Shown here one piece after another: positions 47,701-54,820 of a DNA stretch of 64,000 nt. Under the pieces are notes generated by a model. It saw only the letters and a list, made by a program, of their open reading frames with translations. It did not search any database and was not told where the DNA came from. Location of the stretch: positions 32,001 through 96,000 of IMG/VR virus record IMGVR_UViG_3300021387_001666; one strand, given 5' to 3'. How positions within the stretch are numbered: position 1 is the stretch's first letter; each line of letters opens with the position of its first letter. Made by a program: the position numbers and the translations under genes. The DNA comes from a virus (taxonomy: Duplodnaviria > Caudoviricetes).

Positions 47701-50222
47701 TGAGCTGGCTTTCCTACTTGAGTCACCTTATAGCTCTCAGAATTAATGAACCTGTAGCCTCTGGTATATCTGTCATAACCCCAGTTAGAATAACCTGTAA
47801 GAGGTTCACCCACATGAGGTATAGAATCATTATAGCCAAGGAGACTTCTTACATAGTTGTTATAGTCTGTAACAGCCTTGTTGGTATAAGCCAAAATCCT
47901 GAAGAAGTTAGAATTATCCTTTAATCCTTGGATATACTGTCTGATAACCTTGCCAATTTCTTCACGGCTCTTAGGAGTAAGATAACCTACACCTTCTCCT
48001 CTTTCATTGAAACTGGATTCACCTGACAGAGGCTTACCATTACGGATATTAGTAGCTTCCTTCAAGATTGCATTGTCATCAGTACGTTCTACCTGAGTAA
48101 GTTCTATTACCCTTCCTTCGGAGTTGCGGAATACCTTAGACACCTGAGTTTCATTGACAGGAGCCAATTGAGCTTTATCCCCTACATAAATAATCTTCAG
48201 ACCATTCTCACGGGCTATTCTATTGAGAATACCATAGTTCTCTTCATTAATCATAGAGGCTTCATCTATGACCACTGTAGTGCCTGGAGTTACATTTGCT
48301 TCTTTTAATGCAGTTACCAGATTCCTTGCATTATAAGCCTTTGAAGAGTCAACTTCTACATTAATACCAAACACCTTGTTAAGAGTTTGAGCATCAAAAC
48401 CAGCCTTAGATACTCTGGATTTCAGAACAGCAGCAGCCTTGTTAGTAGTAGCACTGAACATAATAGCCTTATGCTGCCTCTTAGCCTTCTGAGCAATAAT
48501 CTCCATAAGGGACGTCTTACCAGTACCGGCATAACCTGAGAGAGTCATGGTAGTCTCATTTGAGTTGAGGAAATCATTCATGACATTCAGTGCTTCTGCT
48601 TGCTGTTCATTAGGCTTAAATGGAACAGTAACAGTAGTACCATCATTGAAAGTGAAAGGCTGTGGACCAATCACCTGACGCTCCTTCTTGGAAGGTTGCT
48701 TGGGTTTCTCTATAGGCTTTGCTGTTACAATACTATTATCAATCTTATATGTTCCATTACGTTGTAGGTCTGGAGTATTAAGCCTTAGGTCAGCATCAAT
48801 AACCACCAAATTTCCATTAGGAGTTTTTATTACATTCTCATTATGAAGATCTGAAGCATATACAAACTCTGTTGTATAAGTATTGCCTCTATCCTTGCTA
48901 GTTTTCTTAAACCCTGCTTTCTTCATAAAATCTTCTATCTCCAATAATGTAGGAGCTATACCTTCCACAAAGGGCTGGTCAACAATGAACTGGAATTCTC
49001 CTTTTCCATCTCTTCCAAATCCTACAACCTTTAAAGGGGCTGCTGGGAATAATGTATTGTGTAGAGTGATTCTATCAAGAGCAAATTGTGGAGTAATGAA
49101 ATACTCTGTTGAAAGCACTTTCCTAATAGTGTGGCTATCCTTTCTATAGATTTGTGCCTCACCACCATCCATATCCTCATAATGCTCCATACCTTTGGTT
49201 GCCTTATGAAGATTATCAAACCATACTCCTTGAGCCTTAGCCCAATTCTCTATTATTGCTTCTTGGACAGGTTGTTGTCTTTGGTCTCTTTCATACCTTT
49301 CGGCACTTGAGAGGTTCTGTGATTTTTCCTCATTTGTTCCACCATATCCTCTGAGGAGTAATGACGCTTCTGCATGGATTTTACCTCCTCTACGGAATCC
49401 TTCTGTTGCTTCCTGAGGAAATCGTTGATAAATGAATTTCCCATTTTCAATACCTTTTGCTAAATATTCTAATGCTTTTATTTGTTTTGGAGACCAGTCT
49501 CTCTTAGTGAGTACTCCTTGTTCCTCAGTTGCTCGTAAACTGCTGTTTCGTCCCTTGATGATGGCCTGTGATTCTCCAAGTAGTCCCACATCTGCTGATG
49601 AGTTCCCTTGACTATCAGTTCCTGCATTTCCTTTACTTCTGCCTTCATATTTATCTAACTGTAATATTTGTTCTAAGTTACTAAGTACTTTTTGATTGAG
49701 TTCTTGAGTCATTGTAGGTGCAAAGGTAACACTTTTTTCTGAATTAAGCATTCTCTGCCTACTAATTAACTCATAATCTCTTTCATCTTGCTCTGTAATA
49801 ACAGGTATCATATTGCCTTCAGCATCATATACAGGAGACAACTTACCATTAGCAAGACTAAGCTTTTCTACAGGCTTCTTGATTCTTAACACAAAGTTAC
49901 CATCAGCATTCTTGTATCTTACTACAGCCTCCTTAGGAAAATAGGTAATAGCTTCAACCCATGCTATATTGGATTCATTCTCACTATTAAAAATCTTAGG
50001 CTCTTGGTAAGATGCCTGCCAGAAACTTCTAACCGTAGGCATTGATTCTACATACTCAATGTTACCTAACTGAGCATTGATGTAAATATCAGAAGGAAAG
50101 ACATCTTCCTGACCAGACTCCCTGTAGTACTTATGTATGATTTGCTCCAGTATGTTACTGTCCAGACTCATTTTTCTGGCTAATCTTATAAACTCAGGGC
50201 TGTTCTTATCTACACATACCAT
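38775..50222 (-). CDS. Virion-type DNA-dependent RNA polymerase (crAss-like) with N-terminal accessory domains
   Basis: Catalytic DSDFDVDK at 41286-41300, preceded by RIPTEDKYS. Walker A GYAGTGKT, DEASM and TIHKSQGST (SF1 helicase). DLHNEN..IDAD (kinase). Confidence 0.85.
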   Translation of the reverse strand: MVCVDKNSPEFIRLARKMSLDSNILEQIIHKYYRESGQEDVFPSDIYINAQLGNIEYVESMPTVRSFWQASYQEPKIFNSENESNIAWVEAITYFPKEAVVRYKNADGNFVLRIKKPVEKLSLANGKLSPVYDAEGNMIPVITEQDERDYELISRQRMLNSEKSVTFAPTMTQELNQKVLSNLEQILQLDKYEGRSKGNAGTDSQGNSSADVGLLGESQAIIKGRNSSLRATEEQGVLTKRDWSPKQIKALEYLAKGIENGKFIYQRFPQEATEGFRRGGKIHAEASLLLRGYGGTNEEKSQNLSSAERYERDQRQQPVQEAIIENWAKAQGVWFDNLHKATKGMEHYEDMDGGEAQIYRKDSHTIRKVLSTEYFITPQFALDRITLHNTLFPAAPLKVVGFGRDGKGEFQFIVDQPFVEGIAPTLLEIEDFMKKAGFKKTSKDRGNTYTTEFVYASDLHNENVIKTPNGNLVVIDADLRLNTPDLQRNGTYKIDNSIVTAKPIEKPKQPSKKERQVIGPQPFTFNDGTTVTVPFKPNEQQAEALNVMNDFLNSNETTMTLSGYAGTGKTSLMEIIAQKAKRQHKAIMFSATTNKAAAVLKSRVSKAGFDAQTLNKVFGINVEVDSSKAYNARNLVTALKEANVTPGTTVVIDEASMINEENYGILNRIARENGLKIIYVGDKAQLAPVNETQVSKVFRNSEGRVIELTQVERTDDNAILKEATNIRNGKPLSGESSFNERGEGVGYLTPKSREEIGKVIRQYIQGLKDNSNFFRILAYTNKAVTDYNNYVRSLLGYNDSIPHVGEPLTGYSNWGYDRYTRGYRFINSESYKVTQVGKPAQSRISVNGQEFTMTYVPITMENSLGETDTFNYMDIKGNQENRQAALQLATQKKTLWEQYRRAVGREAKGNILSQINSIDQFLFVNDNIEDPTTHNLLQPKTVDFGYALTIHKSQGSTFTHVLMDDIDVAKASNTLNNAANAMSVVDLGDAGLIADASMEIRSSEDVDLGDLSSVPAEETPGSNPNIANVRQQLEYVGVSRATNTVTIISNNVKTEGSPLAPQNTTSTESKISNNNGVPASYEGLITPDANTVFVFGSNPKGIHGAGTAATAKSKFGAIQGQGEGLQGSAYALPTKNLDKAKNTRWYRPSPKEETEVKEWYENHSFSEMQSHPLNAERSMTPHQIIEGIQKLYETARQNPDKQFKVSHYPFGKLSLNGYLGEEMLAMFKQAGEVPSNVQFNKEWTDHWNDDTFNTINQGDNRSNNNQIKYSNEFRRVQEAVRKGSNGAVGKGGIGQDATERLGKLLQRELESQSGFSSLGTRVLTHSQTGTKFTIHEQVDPQLFHDIFEVVKFYTKNGELVDLHDDYSNCKCYLNEDGTCGFAIEPDGNLVSLFNLQLNKGFLSAVAPYLIEQGATHLDTYNSSKQPLKEIYERVLGAKVASSMDYNMKYDHDNIATNHGNPEVVFMVIGDAAKGEVIEKHFTKDQYNEAVEHQKSYLPDPNALLPVEAPEEPQRVSLPSYEYFMDKTEDTIVDASWKIPMLQELDSQINTELTPEKNNDILDRMTRILEAKNQEDLLNLLSDEPKTNEKVEQNLTEFEKMTQQINNLLDSNIISASEIRHVAELVVNSISDTITILQKEEGAAEKFFPNIQTDLDFKNASRKEIVEAIGINNLIHRAKQQFDPEQNDYEDFDTIDQADLIIDNWDAIMTLATDTFAMTEGFGIMRNYDKGGFATTQNSTVDFDNFNDYSNDPDAMAESEKDEQEHWQVEQRTIDVLNSMSQMVRLALHECYQMDKEGNKVMSKWGIAERINPRQAVNSILRWTQGSLTLEDMIGKMQGKATQNPWLNQLIERLSDKSGKETDFQSQFFGVFSKHFQPYSVVLLEDGKYHSIPVNSHPALSEAMQTITTQFKIGEHPLFTDKGINRKLLGSDNTIDAKSPFNLHQALTALNTIQDRLQHGEQLDNAMSKEAAANIMGVCKVIGYPVTEEMLSDVINEENLSKMTKSLGFMVRSLDAAREEQFRNAGTPNAKIYNPFAFNSDNGIAGTLRNFLTPITDTLEDTAVSAFYDSGKMYQSYVTPSFMTKLMNKFRLEGQEFEDFIMQEYGSTEWFKSAKNQWDINKGWRNEWLRLLATDENARKVFDHKVELNFNKHNYMRNMSDAEYTLSLITEYFAETGQKKEALVPAWFRVPIMSNKPSSEFIKFYSYRGTNYKDEIIYGLHQIFNQELSRIQTVNMRNHSKGDADFIANFDTNGRKFNFLPFLNQFLEKNNSSELAKLLQKKINGLEVLTAEEEAKLSTLVDQAIRQDMENRVATILSQWENSGIIEAAKNIEGVGTEDAQIRTNLENFLWNDNFAAKNILQLTITDIAFYKDAEDLQKRLAQIHAPGIRGNVAATDYNGNRVSDGKYRTVLIQGLQKFKTDLIANIAEVFDRKIAAAPEGQKAQLKALKESLVGENGRYTKIDVTDGQAYSSPSSYRKKAFIFGKWSRQAEDIYQKLLKGDYNYTDLEVAFQPLKPFVYTHLQNDMGIDNAPIHQMPVPFQAKNSEYLLIMADALLQGEKTSKPNILRAIYRVMEDSERLNPTKGIDTIQFDSAIKSGLQAPIDLNPFLDMEGGEEAAYEYMKRMVYKLDDQGNPSNEYATDTYVHEGLYEDYCLQQEVPEHFKNHSQAHGSQIRMIIPSDLDLYKNPNADHNDPDNQVFYEWTEPDGTKKKVRANEFRREYEQTIADNIRESIDQLSQELHINSEDKKERNIALSKILQREILSSPRYGIDLIQACSIDKETGEFRIPKGDPIQAKRIEQLINSIIKNRVNKQKIAGGPIVQVTNFGTSRQLHIRFNSKDGGLLMTREEYEQNPLKKEMSQTDKFNARYDRKTASGNMTYEEYVKQNQAGIAYFEVFIPMWANEIFEKFSNENGSINMEALEATDPELLKMISSRIPTEDKYSCAPMKAVGFMPREAGDAIMFPYELTEIDDSDFDVDKRYVMRKDIPIVRKPKHIIHKELFDIVEDSYKKQHNGKELPANIASEIEVFLDSPDTMRSKSAFTQWLYSQYQKVAYTTNAPTSGRKYRDNKIVDMTWAVLTNEMTADKILNPGGFDVFKRAGYMVAAYKNSANNYSWEQLQQMSIDELNKLSYTDKDLTWLDTQIQFYKQNAAAASLIGVFAVNKVAHATLESNDYYVAVDEICGNEPFIIADTEFSGRMKVDPSHDNEGNLIGKTIGAGVSASADAAKTPVLNLMNINLTTAGVFNTLLRLGMAPNDASLFMSQEVIERVLNEFNRENLTNYKPLSTIIEEHIGNLRDKHNIDDGSNINTEPLSREELVEGLTSEDHEVIDYKVLLAFQKIRSLVDAIRKPTFATRFNSVSSAVGPLIIDNLIMEHKMEQFTDAASEDGTHFYDSKGNPVDIDDIFYDHPILKEFSRTVDIAKAMFSDMPAGSTGFRELLATLPEGLTDKVYNDKKLLDNLSNFYQSYLLIASRMVNPANLKRFIDNFPKYFNDQKFKEKYADNALISAIRKNVSKRTGRTFLSINITGIDESQKEMYRNAWIDLHKDNPELSKQLFEYCFFRAGIGFSPKTFMSLVPAYVKERLSTDLGNGSQATYVDTYRMFPSVNPNVVIDQWVRNNWDNNKLVPKKGGEGTHYTVDLKRGTLVARDPKDMADLKGSTYIKTRHNGQTYLWKQIIADKTAVNYVMVKPLGNNAEYLEMNLSDITKPMSETKETIEDMQESELQAISPAEAEAAETSTTDITTDSEKTKQVAELADLIQKQNPKFNKTQALNQIERMKEKPDLYAGFLVNVYKQKGLNLTKEEALAEFKKLC

Positions 50223-50249
50223 AAATTAAATATTTAATTTGATTTTGTG

Positions 50250-50257
50250 CAAAGGTA
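50250..50257 (-). promoter_or_regulatory. -7 promoter element for the RNAP gene
   Basis: TACCTTTG on the - strand, 27 nt upstream of the ATG. Confidence 0.7.
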
Positions 50258-50328
50258 ATCTATTCTTATTATCTAAAGGGTCGGTTTAATCAAAGCCTTT
50301 ATATGACTTATTATTCTTGTAAGAATTC

Positions 50329-50361
50329 AAAAAAGAGGGAACAGCATAGCCATTCCCTCTT
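50329..50361 (-). terminator. Terminator of the replication arm
   Basis: AAGAGGGAATGGC..GCTGTTCCCTCTTTTTT on the - strand. Confidence 0.8.
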
Positions 50362-50366
50362 AATTG

Positions 50367-50546
50367 TTATTCTTCAGTATATTCTTGAATAAAAGTTCCA
50401 ACCATCTGATAAAGAAGCTTTAAGTCTTTCATAGATAAGGTTGGTGTTTCAGAAGCATACCTACCTAGGATAATACTAATTTTAATGTCTCTGCCATATT
50501 TGTCTGGCTCATCAGTGTTGTACACTTTAAATTTATAGTCTTCCAT
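50367..50546 (-). CDS. Hypothetical protein (59 aa, not in the ORF track)
   Basis: MEDYKFKVYNTDEPDKYGRDIKI..; ends just before the terminator. Confidence 0.55.
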   Translation of the reverse strand: MEDYKFKVYNTDEPDKYGRDIKISIILGRYASETPTLSMKDLKLLYQMVGTFIQEYTEE

Positions 50547-50584
50547 GCTTTAATAACGGAGGCTTATAAATATTATTGTGCTGA

Positions 50585-51157
50585 TTACTCATCTACCTCA
50601 AATTCATGCACATAAATATAGTTCTCATCATCAGTGCCAGAGTCCTCATGTTCAGCATTGAATTTATCTACATCTTCCTTTGATTTCACCTTGCCATAAG
50701 TCAGCTTATCAAGCCATTTATAGACCTGTTCTTCAGTTTCAAAGTACTCTGAATTATAGATGTCATCAATAGCAGTATCTACCCAATACCTCACAGAAAA
50801 GTACTTGCCTTCCTTATCATTGGTGCAGTATATTTCACAACCAGACTCTTCTACTATCCAGTATACCTTAATGTCAGAGAACTTTTTCTTCAAGAGTTCT
50901 GCAAAATCCTGTAGTCCCCATCTCTCTTCTGCATAGAATCTAAGAACTCCATTCTCTAAAGTAGGCTCATCAGATATTTCTCCTCCAAGTCTTTTATCCT
51001 CTATCTTTTCTTCTGTAAACCCAAGATTGATACAAGTCTGATACTCTTCCCAATGAGGCTTGTCACTGTGAATAGCCAAACAAATAGCCCCAAGAATCTC
51101 TACAAGACTCTTCTCACTTCCTTCAATAGCGTATGATACACTTGCCATGTTTGCCAT
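50585..51157 (-). CDS. Hypothetical acidic protein
   Basis: 190-aa ORF in a tightly packed operon. Confidence 0.7.
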   Translation of the reverse strand: MANMASVSYAIEGSEKSLVEILGAICLAIHSDKPHWEEYQTCINLGFTEEKIEDKRLGGEISDEPTLENGVLRFYAEERWGLQDFAELLKKKFSDIKVYWIVEESGCEIYCTNDKEGKYFSVRYWVDTAIDDIYNSEYFETEEQVYKWLDKLTYGKVKSKEDVDKFNAEHEDSGTDDENYIYVHEFEVDE

Positions 51158-51159
51158 AA

Positions 51160-51396
51160 TTATCTTCCTTTTAATGCTTCTTTTAGACCTTCCATAAAGT
51201 TATCTGTCCACTCAGAGTTGCCATTACTAACAAAGCTTTCTACTGTATCAAGAGTATCTTCTTGTCCTAACTCCCAGCCATGCATTACATTCTGGAGATA
51301 TTCACATTTATACTGCATGTCTCTTATATAGTAGCCACATACTTCTGACTGACCACATTTCTCACAGAGTTCTGCTGCTCTTTCCTGATATGTCAT
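51160..51396 (-). CDS. Small Cys-containing protein
   Basis: CEKC..C..C. Confidence 0.6.
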   Translation of the reverse strand: MTYQERAAELCEKCGQSEVCGYYIRDMQYKCEYLQNVMHGWELGQEDTLDTVESFVSNGNSEWTDNFMEGLKEALKGR

Positions 51397-51397
51397 A

Positions 51398-51583
51398 TCA
51401 CTTAGGTCTTGTTTTCTTGAGTTTCTTGTCTATATAGTTAAGGATGGTTTCAAAATGCTTTCTCAACCACTCTCTTTCTTCAGAAGTAAGACGAGATGTT
51501 TCTATCAAGTCACACCTGTCAACATCAATTCTCATCTCAGCTATTTTGTTGCGATAGCCTATAATAGGTTTGCTCCAAATCAT
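51398..51583 (-). CDS. Hypothetical protein
   Basis: Tightly packed 61-aa ORF. Confidence 0.55.
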   Translation of the reverse strand: MIWSKPIIGYRNKIAEMRIDVDRCDLIETSRLTSEEREWLRKHFETILNYIDKKLKKTRPK

Positions 51584-51594
51584 AAGTATTTTGT

Positions 51595-51951
51595 TTATTT
51601 ACAGTATTGACCAAACATTGGCTGGAACATGGAATGTTCCATATAACATATAGGAGAGTTAATGTCTTTGAACATCCTCTCTTTGGCATCTTTGGTGATT
51701 CCTACTAATCTGCCAGTGCGATAGGGATTCTTGCCAGATTCTCCGTCCCTGACCTCAATAATCATCAAGCCCTCGGCATCAATGACCTTCTGACAATCAT
51801 CACACAGGCCCATTGCCACATCTCTTGGAGCTTCTTTATCTCCCTTGAGTCTTCCAAACAAGGCAACACCAATCTCTTTTCCACAGCACTCACAGTGAGT
51901 AACTGAAGGATTTACCCCATGTTTGGGGGATAGCTTTATACTTTTACTCAT
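51595..51951 (-). CDS. Zn-finger hypothetical protein
   Basis: SPKHGVNPS..CECCG..CDDC. Confidence 0.7.
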   Translation of the reverse strand: MSKSIKLSPKHGVNPSVTHCECCGKEIGVALFGRLKGDKEAPRDVAMGLCDDCQKVIDAEGLMIIEVRDGESGKNPYRTGRLVGITKDAKERMFKDINSPICYMEHSMFQPMFGQYCK

Positions 51952-51966
51952 ACTGCTAAATTCTTT

Positions 51967-52131
51967 TCAGTCAATCATTATACATCCGTATTGTTTACCC
52001 CATTTCCTGTCATTAAGGACTTCTACCTTATATGGAGTGTAATAACTCGGACCATCAAACATTACTATCTCCCTGTCAAGATTTTCATCTCCAAGGTCTT
52101 GAAGGGCTTTGATTAGTTCTCTTCCTGTCAT
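51967..52131 (-). CDS. Hypothetical protein
   Basis: MTGRELIKALQDL start avoids an overlap with thyX. Confidence 0.55.
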   Translation of the reverse strand: MTGRELIKALQDLGDENLDREIVMFDGPSYYTPYKVEVLNDRKWGKQYGCIMID

Positions 52132-52144
52132 AGTCAACTGAAAT

Positions 52145-53167
52145 TTACATATTATTTGAGTTACTAATTTCATTCCATATACCATGTTTATCTGCTTCCT
52201 CCTTCATCAGAGTAGCAAGCTGCAACATATTGGGATGTGGTTTTCCTGTTGTACCAAAGTATCTGAGGTCAAAGAAGTGCTTCCAGTCAGAGGCAAATGC
52301 AGTATGCACAATCTCAGTAGCTGTGCAGAGAGGTAGAACTTCTCTTGCTTGTTGTGGTTGCCACCCTTGCTTAAGAAGTTCCATATAATTATTCTCACTT
52401 ACTGCCAAAGAATCTAACCATAAATCACATATTTTAGCTTCTTCAAGAGTAAAATAATCATTAGGTCTTACAGAATAAGATTCTTTAGACAAATCATTTG
52501 GTTGTATTCTATAATTTAAACCGTCAGCCCAATAAGCATTACTTTCAGGAATATTTAACCAACTAGGAATGCAAAACGTTATTTCTCCACCAAACTTATC
52601 TTTACTATAGTTACAGTATCTTGTACTCTGTTCTGCTATACTATTGACTCTATGACGATTCATCTCACGAGTTACTCCTATAGAAGTGATACAACGGAAA
52701 GTGTATCTCTTCTCATGATATTCTGTAGGTTCACACATGTGCATTAAAAATTCATTATGTATACCTTGCATATCACCTAGCTCATGTTCCCAAATATACC
52801 TTAGGTTTGTAGTAATGTAAGCATCATAAGTGTTAGGATATTCCTCACTTGGCACTGTGTTGATTCTACAATATGGAGTATTTAACCAAGGATACATTGC
52901 TGTAGATACTGCCCTCCCACTTGGAAATATGCTTCTATTTTCTTTGTCTTGATATGCACATATTATCTTAAGATATACAGTACCATGTTCCAACATAGCA
53001 AAGTGTCGAGATTTAATCATTCTATCGACAAAAGGTTTGGCACTATCTTCTGTAATCTTATCTGTTGACTCATAACAGGTTCTTCCTGCAAGTTCTATCT
53101 GCTTATATATTCCTTCCAAGCCATTAGGTTGGATAAGAAGTTCTGCTTTTGGTTTTATTAGTTTCAT
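52145..53167 (-). CDS. thyX: Flavin-dependent thymidylate synthase
   Basis: AGRTCY, HFAMLEH, the RHRVNSIAEQSTRY ThyX motif and AREVLP. Confidence 0.9.
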   Translation of the reverse strand: MKLIKPKAELLIQPNGLEGIYKQIELAGRTCYESTDKITEDSAKPFVDRMIKSRHFAMLEHGTVYLKIICAYQDKENRSIFPSGRAVSTAMYPWLNTPYCRINTVPSEEYPNTYDAYITTNLRYIWEHELGDMQGIHNEFLMHMCEPTEYHEKRYTFRCITSIGVTREMNRHRVNSIAEQSTRYCNYSKDKFGGEITFCIPSWLNIPESNAYWADGLNYRIQPNDLSKESYSVRPNDYFTLEEAKICDLWLDSLAVSENNYMELLKQGWQPQQAREVLPLCTATEIVHTAFASDWKHFFDLRYFGTTGKPHPNMLQLATLMKEEADKHGIWNEISNSNNM

Positions 53168-53367
53168 ACTCTCTGTTTTGCAAATTCTATATTATAATCC
53201 TTGCCCACCAAAGAGGGAAGGCTTTCTTCTACAAACTTCTTGATGTCTTCACTGTTATAGGTTTCAATAACCTTGCCATCAATCAGCATAGGAAAGCCCC
53301 TTTTGGTGTATTTCAGTTGTTTGTAAAACCTACCATTCTTAATGATGTCTAATAAGATAGGAGTCAT
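53164..53367 (-). CDS. Hypothetical protein
   Basis: ATGA overlaps on both sides. Confidence 0.6.
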   Translation of the reverse strand: MTPILLDIIKNGRFYKQLKYTKRGFPMLIDGKVIETYNSEDIKKFVEESLPSLVGKDYNIEFAKQRV

Positions 53368-53537
53368 TTCAGTATACCTTTATGCTTGATTACTTCGAAC
53401 TTACCTGCCATCCAGTTACAGTTGTTAAGATTAAATCCTAAATTACTGATATACTCTTCATCAATACTGTCTGGATTATTAACATGATACACATGAACTT
53501 TACCAGTTTCATGGTCTAAAACAATAAGTCTTTTCAT
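53364..53537 (-). CDS. Hypothetical protein
   Basis: MKRLIVLDHETGKVHVY start. Confidence 0.55.
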   Translation of the reverse strand: MKRLIVLDHETGKVHVYHVNNPDSIDEEYISNLGFNLNNCNWMAGKFEVIKHKGILK

Positions 53538-53538
53538 G

Positions 53539-53670
53539 CTAATTATAGTTACATTCAGGCTCATATGGATCTACTGTGCAATCCCTATCATTACAATAGT
53601 TTCTTATACTTCCATCAGGTCTTTTCTCTTCACGAAAATACCCACAATGATAACAACTTGAACGTCTCAT
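53539..53670 (-). CDS. Small Cys-rich protein (43 aa, not in the ORF track)
   Basis: MRRSSCYHCGYF..NYC..C..C fills the gap. Confidence 0.5.
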   Translation of the reverse strand: MRRSSCYHCGYFREEKRPDGSIRNYCNDRDCTVDPYEPECNYN

Positions 53671-53672
53671 AG

Positions 53673-54149
53673 TTACTTCTTTTTAGTTGATTTGCTTTTC
53701 TTTACTATTGTAGGATTCTCAAAAGCATCCTTACTGACTACTGGAGGTTTGATACCAGGAATTTCATAGAAGCATCCTACAGCCAATCTCACCAGATTAC
53801 CAAGAAGATAACAGAAAGGTTCCTGATTAGTAAGGGATACCTCAGACTTGATGAAGCACCATATCTCAAGGGCTACATGTCCACATTCATGGGCTACAAT
53901 AGAAGAGGTAAACTCTTCTTTCTTTTCTACCCATATCAATACACATGGAATACCTGTCTCTCTTTCTATCACTCTGTAGGTGCTTCCTGTAGAAGTTGGA
54001 GGAGCAATGTGAGCATTTCTATAAGCTTCCTCATAAGGTTGATAAAGTGCATTAACTTCCTCCTCCATCTCCCCAATTACCACCACAAAGTCAACTGGAT
54101 ATACTACCAGATTGAATTGCTTGACAATACCTTTTTCATTCAATATCAT
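53673..54149 (-). CDS. HExxH zincin-like protein
   Basis: SIVAHECGH..EPFCYLLG. Confidence 0.65.
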   Translation of the reverse strand: MILNEKGIVKQFNLVVYPVDFVVVIGEMEEEVNALYQPYEEAYRNAHIAPPTSTGSTYRVIERETGIPCVLIWVEKKEEFTSSIVAHECGHVALEIWCFIKSEVSLTNQEPFCYLLGNLVRLAVGCFYEIPGIKPPVVSKDAFENPTIVKKSKSTKKK

Positions 54150-54429
54150 AAGACTGTTCGTATGGATTATTATCTTTATCTAAAAACTTACTTATGAAAA
54201 CTTCCTTGGGTACTTCTTCCCAAGCACCACAATGAGAGCAGTGGAAGAGATAGTGGCTGTCATCTTTAGTTTCCTTCAGACCCTTATACTTCATGGTATG
54301 GCCACAGTACTTGCACTTATGAAATTGAAGCTGTATGAAATAGGGTAGAAGAACAAGTGTCACAATCAGTGCTGCAAGGATAATAAGTCCTATGCATACA
54401 CAGCTTAAAATAGTTAGTATTGTACTCAT
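54136..54429 (-). CDS. Membrane-anchored Zn-ribbon protein
   Basis: N-terminal TM helix; CKYC..CSHC. Confidence 0.65.
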   Translation of the reverse strand: MSTILTILSCVCIGLIILAALIVTLVLLPYFIQLQFHKCKYCGHTMKYKGLKETKDDSHYLFHCSHCGAWEEVPKEVFISKFLDKDNNPYEQSYDIE

Positions 54430-54430
54430 A

Positions 54431-54820
54431 TCAGTTTTCTAAATATGCTGTTTCATCTTCAGACCAATCCTTGCACTCATTGATAATAGCTTCTGTGAAT
54501 TTAGGACTTTTAAAGACAATACCTTGTTCCAAGTCTCTTTCCAATACCTTTTCAAGAAGCTGGATAAGTTGGAGGGGGGTGTGGTAGTCATTACTATGAT
54601 ATTCTTCAGCCCAATCAGTGTCAGAGGTATCATCATACTCCTCATATATTCTGTTGTAGGCCTCACGTTCTACAACATGATTATAGTTGTTGGTAACTAC
54701 CTTCACAGTCTTACTGAGAGACTGACTACAGGTAATCTCAAAACTTTTCTCTGGATTGTCTTTCTGCGTCCAGGGAGCCCTTTCTAGCTCACTGGCTGAC
54801 ATCATGGGATAGTTATCCAT
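54431..54820 (-). CDS. Hypothetical protein
   Basis: 129 aa starting MDNYP..APW. Confidence 0.65.
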   Translation of the reverse strand: MDNYPMMSASELERAPWTQKDNPEKSFEITCSQSLSKTVKVVTNNYNHVVEREAYNRIYEEYDDTSDTDWAEEYHSNDYHTPLQLIQLLEKVLERDLEQGIVFKSPKFTEAIINECKDWSEDETAYLEN

